A DNA stretch of 64,000 bases from PVC group bacterium (GCA_003551625.1 PUNC01000133.1:30013-94012); one strand, 5' to 3'; positions 53,413 to 63,483 are shown, numbered from the stretch's first letter. Notes: generated by a model from the sequence alone, not told the origin. Made by a program: numbers and translations.

Positions 53413-54210
53413 ATGAGTGGTAACTGGCGGTGCCGTGTCGTTGTCGGGGCGGTGTTTTTCTGTCTGAACGCCGGGACGGGCGCTTACGCCGGGCCGGAAG
53501 CCGGGCTTTTTGCGCCGGAAACCGAAGCGGTGGAGTCGCCGGTTGAGACAGCTCTTCCGTCCGAAGACGAAGTCGAAGAGATCGCGGTCGAACCCGATGA
53601 GAGAAGAATAACTTTATCGGCCGCGCTCGAAGTGTCGTCCTGGTACAGTTCCGGGGATGCCGGCTTCCAATTCGCCTCCTGGCCGTTTCGCTCCGAGCTT
53701 GTCTATCCGCTCGACGGCTTCGTCTGGGAGGTGAAAGGCGAGGCGGGAGTCGGTTTCGGTATCGGGCCCTTTCCCGCCAGGTCCGGAATCAGGGGGCGTC
53801 TGGCCGGCGACATTCGGGTCGAGGGCGACACCAGGGATTATGATTGGACTTTCGGCTGGTTCTGGGGCTACTCGGAGCACGACACCCGGGCCGATCTATT
53901 AATCTGGGACGCGGACGCCTTCTTATCGGTCTTCCCCTTGGACCCCATCGATAGCCGCGTACTCAAATCGGTCGAGATCGGCCTGATACTCGGTTACGGG
54001 CGGCAATCCTTTGATTACCGGAGCCGCGACGGCTGGGCCACGTATTACGGCGAGCTCTATCTGTTCGACGGCGACGTGTCAACCTACGAGCTGGATTTCG
54101 ACGGTTTCCGGGCCGGACCCTACCTTCAGCTCTCCCCCCTGCCGCGGCTGTCGGCCCGCCTGGAAGCGGTGATGATCCCGCTGCTTCACGCCCGGGGCGA
54201 GGGTTTCTGA
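53413..54210 (+). CDS. outer-membrane beta-barrel protein, N-terminal 265 aa, ending at an in-frame TGA
   Basis: Signal peptide, alternating amphipathic beta-strands, aromatic girdle residues. Confidence 0.55.
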   Translation: MSGNWRCRVVVGAVFFCLNAGTGAYAGPEAGLFAPETEAVESPVETALPSEDEVEEIAVEPDERRITLSAALEVSSWYSSGDAGFQFASWPFRSELVYPLDGFVWEVKGEAGVGFGIGPFPARSGIRGRLAGDIRVEGDTRDYDWTFGWFWGYSEHDTRADLLIWDADAFLSVFPLDPIDSRVLKSVEIGLILGYGRQSFDYRSRDGWATYYGELYLFDGDVSTYELDFDGFRAGPYLQLSPLPRLSARLEAVMIPLLHARGEGF

Positions 54211-54456
54211 ATCCTGCGCGACTATCGTTTCCGTCATAAGGCCGAGGGAAGCGGCTCGGAGCTGAGCCTGAGGATCGCCTGGGAGCCGGTGGATCGCTTC
54301 CGCCTTTTCGGCGCCGTCCGCCGGGTCTCGCTGGTCGCCGATCAGAAGGGCCGGGAGAGCGGCGTGCAACCGGGCTATTCGTATGAGGACCTGCCGATCG
54401 TTCCCCGGATCAGCGCCGAATACACCGGCTTCGAGCTTGGCCTGGCGCTGGCCTTC
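54211..54456 (+). other. in-frame continuation of the OMP reading frame (81 codons) ending ...LGLALAF
   Basis: Same frame as 53413-54210 with no Met. Terminal Phe-containing beta-signal typical of OMP C-termini. Suggests readthrough, sequencing error or pseudogenisation. Confidence 0.4.
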
Positions 54457-54643
54457 TGAACCGAATCTTTCGTAGCGCAGGGCTTCAGCCCCGCCTCCAC
54501 CGGCAGCCCTAAAGGGTTGCACTACGAAAACAATTCGAAACGATGGACTGCTCCGTCACGAAGCTTTAAAGGGCTAAAGTGCCGCAAAACCGCCGAAGAG
54601 TTTCCGGGGGGGGGATCTGCCGGGAAGGCGGGAGGAGGGGGGG

Positions 54644-55453
54644 TCAGAAAGCGAACAGGGCGCCGAGTGCGAAGGAGATAAATTCCACTTCGCCCACGCC
54701 GCCGTAGCCGTTGTTGTAGGAGATCTCGACGTCGGCACCCAGTCTCTCGGTGAAAAAGTATTCGGCGCCGATCCCGATCCGGGCCGCGAGGCCGGAGCTT
54801 GAATTCGATTTCGTTCTATGGGTGATACTTTCGTACCCCCTTCCTAAACTCAGGTCGTGGGTCTCAACTCTCGCCCACTCGTCCCAGCTTCTCCGGATCC
54901 CCATATAACCCAGTCCGAGGACGAAGAATGGGCGAAGACCGAAGTCGGGAACATAAAACTTCGCGTTGAGCGTGATGTCGTAAACTTCTACACCCCCATC
55001 CACCATCGTGTCCACATAGTCTGTTGAATTAGGAAAAAACCTCCGGAAGGAATCGTCGCCTTTGAGGTCGTATTTCAAATGCCACCGGAAAGCGGTCTCC
55101 AGGGCGATCCAGTCGCGCAGCAGATAACCGACCTTGGCCTGAAAGCCGAAACCGTCATCGACCTTGGGTTCGATCCGGCGCAGATAGGGCTCCCGCCCCC
55201 AGTAATCCACCGCCGGCACTCCGATGGTGTCGCCGCGGCCGTGACGGAGGTTATAGATCCCGCCGAGACCGAGATAGAAACGTCTCTCCGGGCGATATCG
55301 GAGTTGGCTCATCTCTTCCGGGTGCAAATCCTGATGTCGCCGGGCGGGAACGCCGGAATAGACCCTCGGATATTCTCCCTCCCCTGGAAGCGCCGGGGGG
55401 AGGAGAAGCAGGGAGGCGCCCGCTAAGAGAAGGGCAAGCTTGAGGATTTTCAT
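54644..55453 (-). CDS. outer-membrane beta-barrel protein (OmpW/OmpA-like beta-barrel domain)
   Basis: Signal peptide MKILKLALLLAGASLLLL, beta-strand periodicity, C-terminal ...FALGALFAF beta-signal. Confidence 0.7.
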   Translation of the reverse strand: MKILKLALLLAGASLLLLPPALPGEGEYPRVYSGVPARRHQDLHPEEMSQLRYRPERRFYLGLGGIYNLRHGRGDTIGVPAVDYWGREPYLRRIEPKVDDGFGFQAKVGYLLRDWIALETAFRWHLKYDLKGDDSFRRFFPNSTDYVDTMVDGGVEVYDITLNAKFYVPDFGLRPFFVLGLGYMGIRRSWDEWARVETHDLSLGRGYESITHRTKSNSSSGLAARIGIGAEYFFTERLGADVEISYNNGYGGVGEVEFISFALGALFAF

Positions 55454-55538
55454 ATCTGACGACACTCCATCTTCGGGTTTTGAGAGAAGAAGGGGAGGAG
55501 ATCCGCCCGATCCCTTATAAGGCCGCCGGCGGCGGAGA

Positions 55539-56402
55539 TCAACGTTTATTTCGCCGGCGCGGCCGGCGGAGGGGGCGATGCCAGACGTTCATCGACTCCA
55601 GCCGGCCGCAGATCTGGGTGTTGTTCCACAGGGTTCCGCCGAAACGCCAGCCGGCGCGGGCGAAGGTGATGTTCATTCCGTAGGAGCGGGCGCGGGCGAT
55701 CGTGTAGCCGGTTCGGTATCCCTCCCGGGCCAGGTCTTTCTCCATCCGCGCCAGCAGCCGCCGGGCCAGGCCGCCGCGCCGGCGGACCGGCCGGGTGGCG
55801 AAATCGGTCATCTCCACCGCGTTGGCCTCCGGGTCCATCTCGGCCGAGGCCAGGGCGACCAGCCGGTCGTCATCCCAGACGCCGTAGTAGCGCACCCGTC
55901 TATCCATCATCCGGCGCAGGAAAGAGGGGTCGTGGATGGGGAAGGGGTAACTCTCGAAAACCGAACGGTAAAGTGCGGCGGCCTCGCCGGCATCGTTTTT
56001 CTCCAGTTCCCGCAGGGTCAGCCCCCGAGCCGGCGGTACGGCGGCCGGCCCGCCGTTGGCGCGTTTGCGGGAGACCTTCAGGACCTCGGCCACGGTCTTC
56101 CGGTCGCCCGCCGCCCGAGCCTTATTCGTGTAGAAGACCAGGAAATCGGCCGCGGTCCGGCCCCGGAAATAGCCGGGCACCCGGGCCTCGGGCGCGTAGC
56201 CCGCCTCCAGGAAAGCCTCGGCGACATCGGCGGGAACCTTGGCGAAGACCTTACCGTAGCCGCGTTCGCGGGCCAGGTCGATCAGCCGGCCGGGGAGTTC
56301 GGGGAGGTCGGAGTCGGACAGCCGCATCAGGTAGATCCGCCGGTTGGAGGGACCGTGCTGAATCCGGGAGGCCCCGATTATCTCCACCCGATCGGCACTC
56401 AT
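55539..56402 (-). CDS. ablB: GNAT acetyltransferase, putative beta-lysine N6-acetyltransferase AblB
   Basis: 287 aa (own start at MSADRVEIIG, ATG 56400-56402) with C-terminal GNAT fold. Same operon as the lysine 2,3-aminomutase. The 625-aa track ORF is an artefact extending through the transporter gene. Confidence 0.65.
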   Translation of the reverse strand: MSADRVEIIGASRIQHGPSNRRIYLMRLSDSDLPELPGRLIDLARERGYGKVFAKVPADVAEAFLEAGYAPEARVPGYFRGRTAADFLVFYTNKARAAGDRKTVAEVLKVSRKRANGGPAAVPPARGLTLRELEKNDAGEAAALYRSVFESYPFPIHDPSFLRRMMDRRVRYYGVWDDDRLVALASAEMDPEANAVEMTDFATRPVRRRGGLARRLLARMEKDLAREGYRTGYTIARARSYGMNITFARAGWRFGGTLWNNTQICGRLESMNVWHRPLRRPRRRNKR

Positions 56403-57886
56403 CGCGCCCCCCCGGGTTCGGAAGGCGTGGCGGCCGCCGGGGCCGGGGTCAGGAGCGAGACGCCGACGAAGAATACCGCGGAAGCGGCCATCCCGAAGAC
56501 GACCGGGGAGAAGCCGGCTCCGAAGAAGAACGACTCGAGCGCGGCGGGCAGGGAGCCGCGGAAAAACTGGAGCAGGTTGGTCAGGATTCCGCCCGCCAGC
56601 ATACCCGCCAGCGCCCCGGCGGAGCTGGCCCGCGGCCAGAAGAAAGCGCCGAGGGTCGGCACGAAGAGGCCGGCGACAAGAAAGCCGTAGGCGTCGAAGA
56701 CCCCTTCGATCACCGTCTCCAGGCGGAGAGCGTAGTAGACCGCCGTCACCCCGAGGATGAGGGTTACGACGCGGGAGACGCGGATCATCTTCAGGTGGGA
56801 GGCTCCCCGGAAGAAGTAACGCTGCAGAAAGTCGCCCACGACATTGCCGGAGGAGGCTACCAGGCAGCTGTCGGCGGTGGACATTATGGCCGAGAAGTAG
56901 GCGGCGGCGACCACGCCGGTGATCCCGATCGGAAGAACCTCGTTGATCAGTCGCGGCAGCCCCAGCTCCTGTCCTCCCTCCACCCCGATCAGCTCCGGGT
57001 ACATCGCCCGGGCGCACATTCCCAGGATGACCCCCATAAAGGCCATTACCGGGTATTCGAAGAAGCCGGCGATATACCAGGCCTTGCGCCCCTCCTTCAC
57101 GCCCCGGCAGGCGTAGATCCGCTGGTAGATCGTCATCCCGACCAGCCAGATGGGAATGATCGTTACCATCCAGTTGATGAAGGTGACGGTCTCGATGTTG
57201 CGCAGGGAGAAGAACTCGGCCGGCAGGGTCTCCCGCAGGCCCGCCCAGCCCCCGACCTCCCGCAGGGCCAGGGGAATGGCCAGCGCGATCAGGCCGAAGA
57301 GCAGGATCAGCCACTGGACGAAGTCGGTGTAGATTACGGCCTTGATCCCGCCCATAACCGTGTAAACGACGATGATGAATCCCATCGCGTAGAGTGAGAA
57401 GAGGAAGGGGTCCCACCCGAACGGCGAGGTTCGGAAGACCGTCTCCGAGGCCAGGGTGGCGCCGGCCTGAATCTGGGAACCGGTGAACATCAGGTAACCG
57501 ACCGCGGAGATGACGGCGGCGAGCAGGGCGACACGGTTGTCGTAGCGCCAGCGGAGAAAGTCCGGATAGGTCAGCATCTTCCGGGCCAGGTCCGGCCCCT
57601 TGATCCGGGGGATGATAAAGACGGCGGTCAACCAGGCCCCGACCAGGCCGGTGAAGAGCAGCCAGGAACCGGCCAGCCCCATCAGGAAGCCCAGTCCCCC
57701 CAGTCCGATCGAGAAGCCGCCGCCGACGTCGGTGGCCACGATCGACAGCCCGAGCGCGGTCGGCGGGATCCGGCGTCCCCCGACGTAGTAGTCATCCTCG
57801 TCGCGGTTGCGGCGGTAGTGATAGTAACCCACCCCGAGGATCACCGTCATATAAAGAGCGAAAATCAGGTAGTCAAAGGCATACAT
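56399..57886 (-). CDS. sodium:solute symporter family (SSF) transporter
   Basis: 13 predicted TM segments; SSF N-terminal pattern (MYAFDYLIFALYMTVILGVGYY...YYVGGR). ATGA overlap with ablB. Confidence 0.85.
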   Translation of the reverse strand: MYAFDYLIFALYMTVILGVGYYHYRRNRDEDDYYVGGRRIPPTALGLSIVATDVGGGFSIGLGGLGFLMGLAGSWLLFTGLVGAWLTAVFIIPRIKGPDLARKMLTYPDFLRWRYDNRVALLAAVISAVGYLMFTGSQIQAGATLASETVFRTSPFGWDPFLFSLYAMGFIIVVYTVMGGIKAVIYTDFVQWLILLFGLIALAIPLALREVGGWAGLRETLPAEFFSLRNIETVTFINWMVTIIPIWLVGMTIYQRIYACRGVKEGRKAWYIAGFFEYPVMAFMGVILGMCARAMYPELIGVEGGQELGLPRLINEVLPIGITGVVAAAYFSAIMSTADSCLVASSGNVVGDFLQRYFFRGASHLKMIRVSRVVTLILGVTAVYYALRLETVIEGVFDAYGFLVAGLFVPTLGAFFWPRASSAGALAGMLAGGILTNLLQFFRGSLPAALESFFFGAGFSPVVFGMAASAVFFVGVSLLTPAPAAATPSEPGGAR

Positions 57887-57938
57887 CCCGGTATTCCAAT
57901 CAGCCCGGATTATTCATATTGGACGACGGACGCCATTG

Positions 57939-59324
57939 CTAACGCCGCCGGAAGATTCTTCTCAGCCGCCCGGCCAGGCCGTTTCCTCCCGGCCTTCCGG
58001 CCGAACTCCGCCCGTCGCCGTTGTCGCCGCGCCGATCGATGCGCCGGGTATCGGCCGGGACCAGCGAAAGCGCCTCGTCGTGGTCGGCCAGCAGGGACTC
58101 GATCCCGAGAGCCTGGTATTCTTCGGCCTCGTCAAGCTTGAGCGAGAGGCGGCACTTATCGCAGTCCCGGTCGCAGAAGACCGGCCGGTAGGAGTCGGGT
58201 TCCTTGTAGGTGGTGATGACCCCCTCGAAATTGCGGAGGACGACCTTGTTGGTGTTCCACGAGATCAGGTATTGCGGCATCACCGGGATCTTTCCGCCTC
58301 CTCCGGGGGCGTCGATGACATAGGTCGGCACCGCCAGTCCGCTGGTATGTCCGATCAGGCTCTCGACGATCTCGATGCCCTTGCCGACCGGGGTGCGGAA
58401 ATGGCTGAGTCCTTCCGACATATCGCATTGAAAAAGGTAGTAGGGCCGGACCCGGTTCTGGACCAGCTTGTGAACCAGTTTGCGCATTATGCGCGGGCAG
58501 TCGTTGATCCCGGCAAGAAGCACGGTCTGGTTCCCCAGGGGAATGCCGGCGTCGGCCAGCCGCGCCAGCGCCTGCCGCGAGGAGGCGGTGATCTCGCGGG
58601 GGTGGTTGAAGTGGGTGTTGACCCAGACGGGCTGATGGCGCTTGAGCATCTCGACCAGGTCCCCGGTGATCCGGTAAGGCAGCACGACCGGCATCCGGGT
58701 CCCGATCCGGACAATCTCGACGTGTTCGATCGCGTCCAGCTCGGTCAGGATCCAGTCGAGGTAGTCGTCGGAGAGCATAAAGGGATCCCCTCCCGAGAGC
58801 AGGACGTCGCGCACGGCCGGGGTCTTCCGGATGTAGGCCAGCCCCATGTCCAACACCTGCCGCCCGGGAATGAAGTCGCGGTCGCCGACCCGCCGCTTGC
58901 GGGTGCAGTGGCGGCAATACATCGAGCAGAGATTGCTGACCTGGAAGAGAACCCGGTCGGGGTAGCGGTGGGTGATGCCGGGGGCGGGGCTGTCCTTGTC
59001 CTCGGCCAGCGGGTCGGACATATCCCCGGGCAGGATCTCAAGCTCGGCGGCCTGGGGGAAGGCCTGGTAGAAGATCGGGTCGTTGGCGTAGTCCTTGACT
59101 TCGATCAGCGACAGGTAGTAGGGGGTGATCGAGAGTGGAAAGCGGGCCAGGGTGGCCTCGAGCTTTTCGCGCCGCTCGGCGTCGAACCGGATGCCGAGCA
59201 GCTTCTCGAAGGTGGGTATGTCGCGGATCGAGTGCTTGATCTGCCATTTCCAGTCGCGCCAGAGGTTCAGGCCGTCCTTGACGTCAAGGCGCTCCGCCAG
59301 ATCGTGATGGCGGTTTTCGATCAT
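57939..59324 (-). CDS. ablA: lysine 2,3-aminomutase (radical SAM, KamA/AblA family)
   Basis: CxxxCxx[15 protein letters not shown]-binding region, conserved RIGTRMPVV. Long form of 461 aa. Confidence 0.88.
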   Translation of the reverse strand: MIENRHHDLAERLDVKDGLNLWRDWKWQIKHSIRDIPTFEKLLGIRFDAERREKLEATLARFPLSITPYYLSLIEVKDYANDPIFYQAFPQAAELEILPGDMSDPLAEDKDSPAPGITHRYPDRVLFQVSNLCSMYCRHCTRKRRVGDRDFIPGRQVLDMGLAYIRKTPAVRDVLLSGGDPFMLSDDYLDWILTELDAIEHVEIVRIGTRMPVVLPYRITGDLVEMLKRHQPVWVNTHFNHPREITASSRQALARLADAGIPLGNQTVLLAGINDCPRIMRKLVHKLVQNRVRPYYLFQCDMSEGLSHFRTPVGKGIEIVESLIGHTSGLAVPTYVIDAPGGGGKIPVMPQYLISWNTNKVVLRNFEGVITTYKEPDSYRPVFCDRDCDKCRLSLKLDEAEEYQALGIESLLADHDEALSLVPADTRRIDRRGDNGDGRSSAGRPGGNGLAGRLRRIFRRR

Positions 59325-59496
59325 GGTATTTTCCTGTGTTTTCGAGAATACGCCGGACCGGTGCGGCGCCTTCCGGGCGCCGGGGCGGCCCGGACGCGGT
59401 TTGATCCCGGCGGCATACTGGGCACAACCGGGGGAGATACTTGGGGTACGACGGATGTGAGGGGACTTTTAAGTATATGAGGAACCGGCGGCGGCG

Positions 59497-60771
59497 TCAA
59501 CCCCGTTTCAGGAAACAGCAGGCTTCGATATGCGGGGTGTGGGGGAAGAAGTCGGGCAGCAGGATCTTCGCGATTTGGTACCGGGGAGATAGGCGCTTTA
59601 GGTCCCGAAGGAGCGTGGAAGGGTTGCAGGAGATGTAAACGATTGCCGGAGGGGGTTTTTCGGCGACCGCCGCGATCAGCTCTTCCCGGACCCCCGCGCG
59701 GGGCGGGTCCAGCAACAGCAGGTCGGCCTCGGCGGCCAGGACGTCGCCGATCAGTCTTTCGCTTCTTCCCCGCCGCGCCGTCAAGTTTCCGGTCCGGTTG
59801 AGGGCGGCGTTCCTTTTCAGGAAGGAAAAATTGCTCCGGCCGGATTCCACGGCCAGGACCTCTTCGACCTCCCCCGCCAGGGCGATCCCGAAGACGCCGA
59901 CGCCGCTGTAGAGATCGGCCAGGCGGTTGACCTTCCGCTCGCGGACGAAGCCGCGGACCGCCTTGATGACTTCTTCCAGCAGCGGAAGGTTGACCTGGAA
60001 GAACGAAAGCGGCCCCGCGGCCAGCACCGCCCCGCCCGCGGCCTCGCGGAGATAACTCCGTCCCCGGGCCCGGATGCCGCCGGGGACGGCGCGGTCGCGG
60101 GTGTGGATGACAATCCCGGCCGTCGCCGGGTCGATCCCGCGCAAAGCTTCCGCCAGCCCGTCGGCCTCCCGGCGTCCTTTGACCACCAGCGCCGCGACCG
60201 AACGGGACTCGCGGCTGCTGTCGCGGGCGATCAGCTCTTCGATCGTCCCCATCTTTGTTTTTCCCAGCGCCGCCGGCAGTTCGGCCAGGAGCCGGTTGAG
60301 CCGGTCGGCGAGAAGGGCGCAGCTTTCGACCGGCACGAACTCGTCCCGCCGGCCGGGGCGGTGGTAGGCCCAGGTCGGCCCGTCTCCGAAGTCCCGGACC
60401 CGGAGATGGACCTTGTTGCGGTAGTTCCAGATCCGCGGCGAGGGGAGGACCTCGATCCCGGGCGGCTCCCCCCCCAGAAACCGGCCGAACATCTCGCGGA
60501 ACTGGGACTCCTTGAGTTCGAGCTGGGCGGAGTAGTCGAGACACTGGTAGGGCGAGCAGGTCCGCCAGTGACCGCAGCGGGGGGAGACCCGGCGCGGAGA
60601 AGGCTCGATAATCTTTTCTGTGGTCGCCTCGAGATAGTCCTTCCGCGAACGGGCGATCGCGATTTCGACCAGCTCGCCGGGCAGCCCTTCGTCGGTGAAC
60701 AGGGTCTTGCCTTCGAGGCGGGCCAGGGAACGGCCGGGATAGACGATCTTTTCGATCCGGATTCTGATTAT
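59497..60771 (-). CDS. rlmD: 23S rRNA (uracil-C5)-methyltransferase RlmD/RumA family (TRAM + 4Fe-4S + MTase); start codon unresolved
   Basis: C-terminal MTase motifs (DLYSGVGVFG, DPPRAG, nucleophile Cys in YISCNPSTL). Own translation upstream of the track ATG (60492) continues in-frame through TRAM and the Cys cluster (CGHWRTC...C) with no ATG/GTG/TTG until a stop at 60865. 60771 is a putative ATA. Confidence 0.6.
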   Translation of the reverse strand: MIRIRIEKIVYPGRSLARLEGKTLFTDEGLPGELVEIAIARSRKDYLEATTEKIIEPSPRRVSPRCGHWRTCSPYQCLDYSAQLELKESQFREMFGRFLGGEPPGIEVLPSPRIWNYRNKVHLRVRDFGDGPTWAYHRPGRRDEFVPVESCALLADRLNRLLAELPAALGKTKMGTIEELIARDSSRESRSVAALVVKGRREADGLAEALRGIDPATAGIVIHTRDRAVPGGIRARGRSYLREAAGGAVLAAGPLSFFQVNLPLLEEVIKAVRGFVRERKVNRLADLYSGVGVFGIALAGEVEEVLAVESGRSNFSFLKRNAALNRTGNLTARRGRSERLIGDVLAAEADLLLLDPPRAGVREELIAAVAEKPPPAIVYISCNPSTLLRDLKRLSPRYQIAKILLPDFFPHTPHIEACCFLKRG

Positions 60772-60793
60772 GAAATCAGGGGTTGGGGGCGGT

Positions 60794-61621
60794 TCAGTCG
60801 CCGACCAGGTTGAGGGTGATCGCCGCCACCAGGGAGTTGAGCGCCCAGTCGCGTTTTTCCGGCGGCAGGGTCAGCCCCAGCGACTTGGCGACGGTCTGGA
60901 AGTCCCGCAGCTGCCGGGCGACGGAGTGCTTGTTGGCCCAGCCGTGCCAGAAGGAGACCACGCCGGCGATCAGGTCGGAGTTGTCGCGGATGAATTTCCA
61001 GGCGGGCCGGGCCTTTTTCGAACGCGAGGGGCGGGCCCCGAAGATGTCTTCCAGGTCCTCCCGGTAGTCATTCCAGTTCTTTCGCAGCTCCATATTCCGC
61101 CTTAGCCGCGCCATCTCTTCGGGGCCCAGCCGGGCGCCGATGATTTCGCGGCGCCGCCGGTGGCGGACGGCGATCATAAAGTAATGGGGCTGGCCGCGCC
61201 GGTCGTCCCGCTCCGGAGCCGCGCCCCAGCGGCGCTTGAGGGTCCGGGGGCTGATAAAACCCGGCTTCTCGCCCTTGGCCGGGTCGAGGACTCCGATCTT
61301 TCCCTGCCAGAAGGCCACCGCCGCGATCCAGTGGTCATCGTTGTCGACCGAGAGCACGCAGGGGATGTCCCGGGCGGTGTAACGCCTCAGGACGCGGAAG
61401 GCGATCTCAAAGTCCCGGAAATTCCGGAGCGTTCCCCGGCAGCCGAAATGGGACAGGGCCTTGAGAAGCTTGTTCTCGTCGGCGCCGTCGGCCCGGGTGG
61501 TCCGGGTGCGGTGGCGGAGTTCCTTCTCCTTCACCTTGAGTCCGATAACGGTGAGGGCGTATTTAATCGAGGCGGCTCCGCAGGAGTACGATTTTTCCTG
61601 TTCGGCGAATCCCATAATCAC
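60794..61621 (-). CDS. hypothetical protein with N-terminal C39-like (papain-fold) peptidase domain
   Basis: QEKSYSCGAASIKYALTVIG resembles the C39 Q-x5-CG-A motif. Downstream DDHWIAAV is His-containing. C-terminal about 120 aa unassigned. Confidence 0.45.
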   Translation of the reverse strand: MIMGFAEQEKSYSCGAASIKYALTVIGLKVKEKELRHRTRTTRADGADENKLLKALSHFGCRGTLRNFRDFEIAFRVLRRYTARDIPCVLSVDNDDHWIAAVAFWQGKIGVLDPAKGEKPGFISPRTLKRRWGAAPERDDRRGQPHYFMIAVRHRRRREIIGARLGPEEMARLRRNMELRKNWNDYREDLEDIFGARPSRSKKARPAWKFIRDNSDLIAGVVSFWHGWANKHSVARQLRDFQTVAKSLGLTLPPEKRDWALNSLVAAITLNLVGD

Positions 61622-61762
61622 CCGCGGCGGTCAGGTTTCAGATCAAGCTCGTTCATTCCGGAATAATATATCACCGCCTTCTTGCGGTGGAAATCAAATC
61701 CTCTACGGGCCCCGCTCCTTCAGGGTGACTGACTGCGGTCAAACCCTTCACTCGCGGAGTTT

Positions 61763-63394
61763 ATGCTGGAATGTACGGCTACGAAAATGTTGCCCGAAAG
61801 CCTAATAGATACGATAATGTATGATATGAGCGAGAAAACTGGAGATCATCAGGTTCGCAGGGAGGTCAAGGAGCTGCTGCTCCTCTTCGAGATCAGCCGG
61901 ATACTGGAAGGAAGCCTGGATCTCAGGCAGTCGATTCCCCCGGTATTGGAGGCCATCGCCCGGCATATGGGGATGCTTCGGGGCACGATCACCCTTCTCA
62001 ACCGCCAGACCGGCGAGATCTTCATCGAGGAGGCCTACGGGCTTTCGGCGAGCCAGAAGCAGAAAGGGCGTTATCGGCTCGGCGAAGGGGTCACCGGCAA
62101 GGTGATCGAGACCGGAACCCCGGCGGTGGTTCCCCGGATATCGGAAGATCCGCGTTTCCTCGACCGGACCGGAGCCCGGCGGGGTGGGGTCGGCGGGGAG
62201 ATCAGTTTCATCTGCGTTCCGATCAAGATGGGCGCCGAGGTAATGGGGGCCCTCAGCGTGGACCGGCCCTTCAGCGGGGACCTGGCCTGCGAGGAGGATA
62301 TTCGCCTGCTCTCCATCATTTCGTCGCTGATCGCCCAGGCGGTCCGGCTGCGGCGGGCCGTCCAGGAGGAGAAGCAGCGGCTGGTTGACGAGAACCTGAG
62401 GCTGAAAAGAGAGCTGGGGGAAAAATTCCGTCCCTCCAACATTACCGGCAACTCGCGGGCGATGCGGGCGGTCTACGAGCAGATCGCTCAGGTCTGCCGC
62501 TCCGAGACCACGGTTTTGATCCGGGGAGAGTCCGGCACCGGCAAGGAGCTGGTCGCCCACGCCATCCACTACAACAGCCCGCGGGCCGGAAGGCCTTTCA
62601 TCCGGGTCAGCTGCTCGGCGCTTCCGGAGACGGTGGTGGAGAGCGAGCTTTTCGGTCACGAGCGCGGCGCCTTCACCGGGGCGGTCAGCCGCCGCAAGGG
62701 CCGCTTCGAGCTGGCTCACGGCGGCACTCTCTTCCTCGACGAGATCGGGGATCTCTCGCCCGCGATCCAGATCAAGCTGCTGCGCGTTCTCCAGGAAAAA
62801 GAATTCGAGCGCGTCGGGGGGACCGGGACCGTCAAGGTCGACGTCCGCCTGATCGCCGCCACCAACCGGCCGCTGGAGAAGCTGATCGAGGAGGGGGACT
62901 TCCGCTCCGATCTTTACTACCGGCTCAACGTCTTTCCCATCCACATCCCGCCCCTGCGGGAGCGGAAGACCGACATCCCCCTTCTGGCCGATCATTTCGT
63001 CGAGAAATACAGCCGCGCCAACGGCAAGCATATCCGGCGCATCTCCACCCCCGCCATCGATATGCTGATGGCCTACCACTGGCCGGGAAATGTCCGGGAG
63101 CTGGAAAACTGCATCGAGCGGGCGGTCCTGGTCAGCGTCGACGACGTCATCCACGGCCATTACCTCCCCCCCACGCTTCAGACCGCCGAGGCCAGCGGCA
63201 CCGCCCCCCCCGGCGACCTCCCCGCGATCCTGGAAGCGGAAGAGAAGGAGATGATCCTCGACGCCCTCAAGTCTTCCCGGGGAAACCGCGCCCGGGCGGC
63301 CCGGGCCCTGGGAATCTCGGAACGGGTGATGGGTTTGAGGGTGAAGAAATACGGCCTTGAACCGAAGAAATTCCGGGCATGGACCCGCGCTTGA
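61763..63394 (+). CDS. sigma-54-dependent transcriptional activator with N-terminal GAF domain (NifA-like) and C-terminal Fis-type HTH
   Basis: AAA+ Walker A GESGTGKE, GAFTGA sigma-54 contact motif, ESELFGHE, C-terminal HTH (GNRARAARALGISERV). Confidence 0.88.
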   Translation: MLECTATKMLPESLIDTIMYDMSEKTGDHQVRREVKELLLLFEISRILEGSLDLRQSIPPVLEAIARHMGMLRGTITLLNRQTGEIFIEEAYGLSASQKQKGRYRLGEGVTGKVIETGTPAVVPRISEDPRFLDRTGARRGGVGGEISFICVPIKMGAEVMGALSVDRPFSGDLACEEDIRLLSIISSLIAQAVRLRRAVQEEKQRLVDENLRLKRELGEKFRPSNITGNSRAMRAVYEQIAQVCRSETTVLIRGESGTGKELVAHAIHYNSPRAGRPFIRVSCSALPETVVESELFGHERGAFTGAVSRRKGRFELAHGGTLFLDEIGDLSPAIQIKLLRVLQEKEFERVGGTGTVKVDVRLIAATNRPLEKLIEEGDFRSDLYYRLNVFPIHIPPLRERKTDIPLLADHFVEKYSRANGKHIRRISTPAIDMLMAYHWPGNVRELENCIERAVLVSVDDVIHGHYLPPTLQTAEASGTAPPGDLPAILEAEEKEMILDALKSSRGNRARAARALGISERVMGLRVKKYGLEPKKFRAWTRA

Positions 63395-63483
63395 CAAGGA
63401 TTGTCCTGCTCGCGGCCGCCGTCTTGGCCGCTCAGCTTCCGCTCTCGGGCTGTTTCCGGCGGGTCGAGGAGGAAGAGAAGGAG

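Noticed and set aside
54208-54210. Possibility that TGA is a sense codon genome-wide (code 4/25)
   Set aside because: rpmH, dnaA-region genes and others terminate cleanly at TGA with correct protein lengths. High GC is inconsistent with known TGA-reassigned lineages.
55539-57416. 625-aa ORF suggesting a large protein fused to the GNAT domain
   Set aside because: The N-terminal 338 aa are a Gly/Arg-rich out-of-frame overlap with the SSF transporter. The GNAT gene starts at the internal Met (56402) with ATGA coupling to the transporter.
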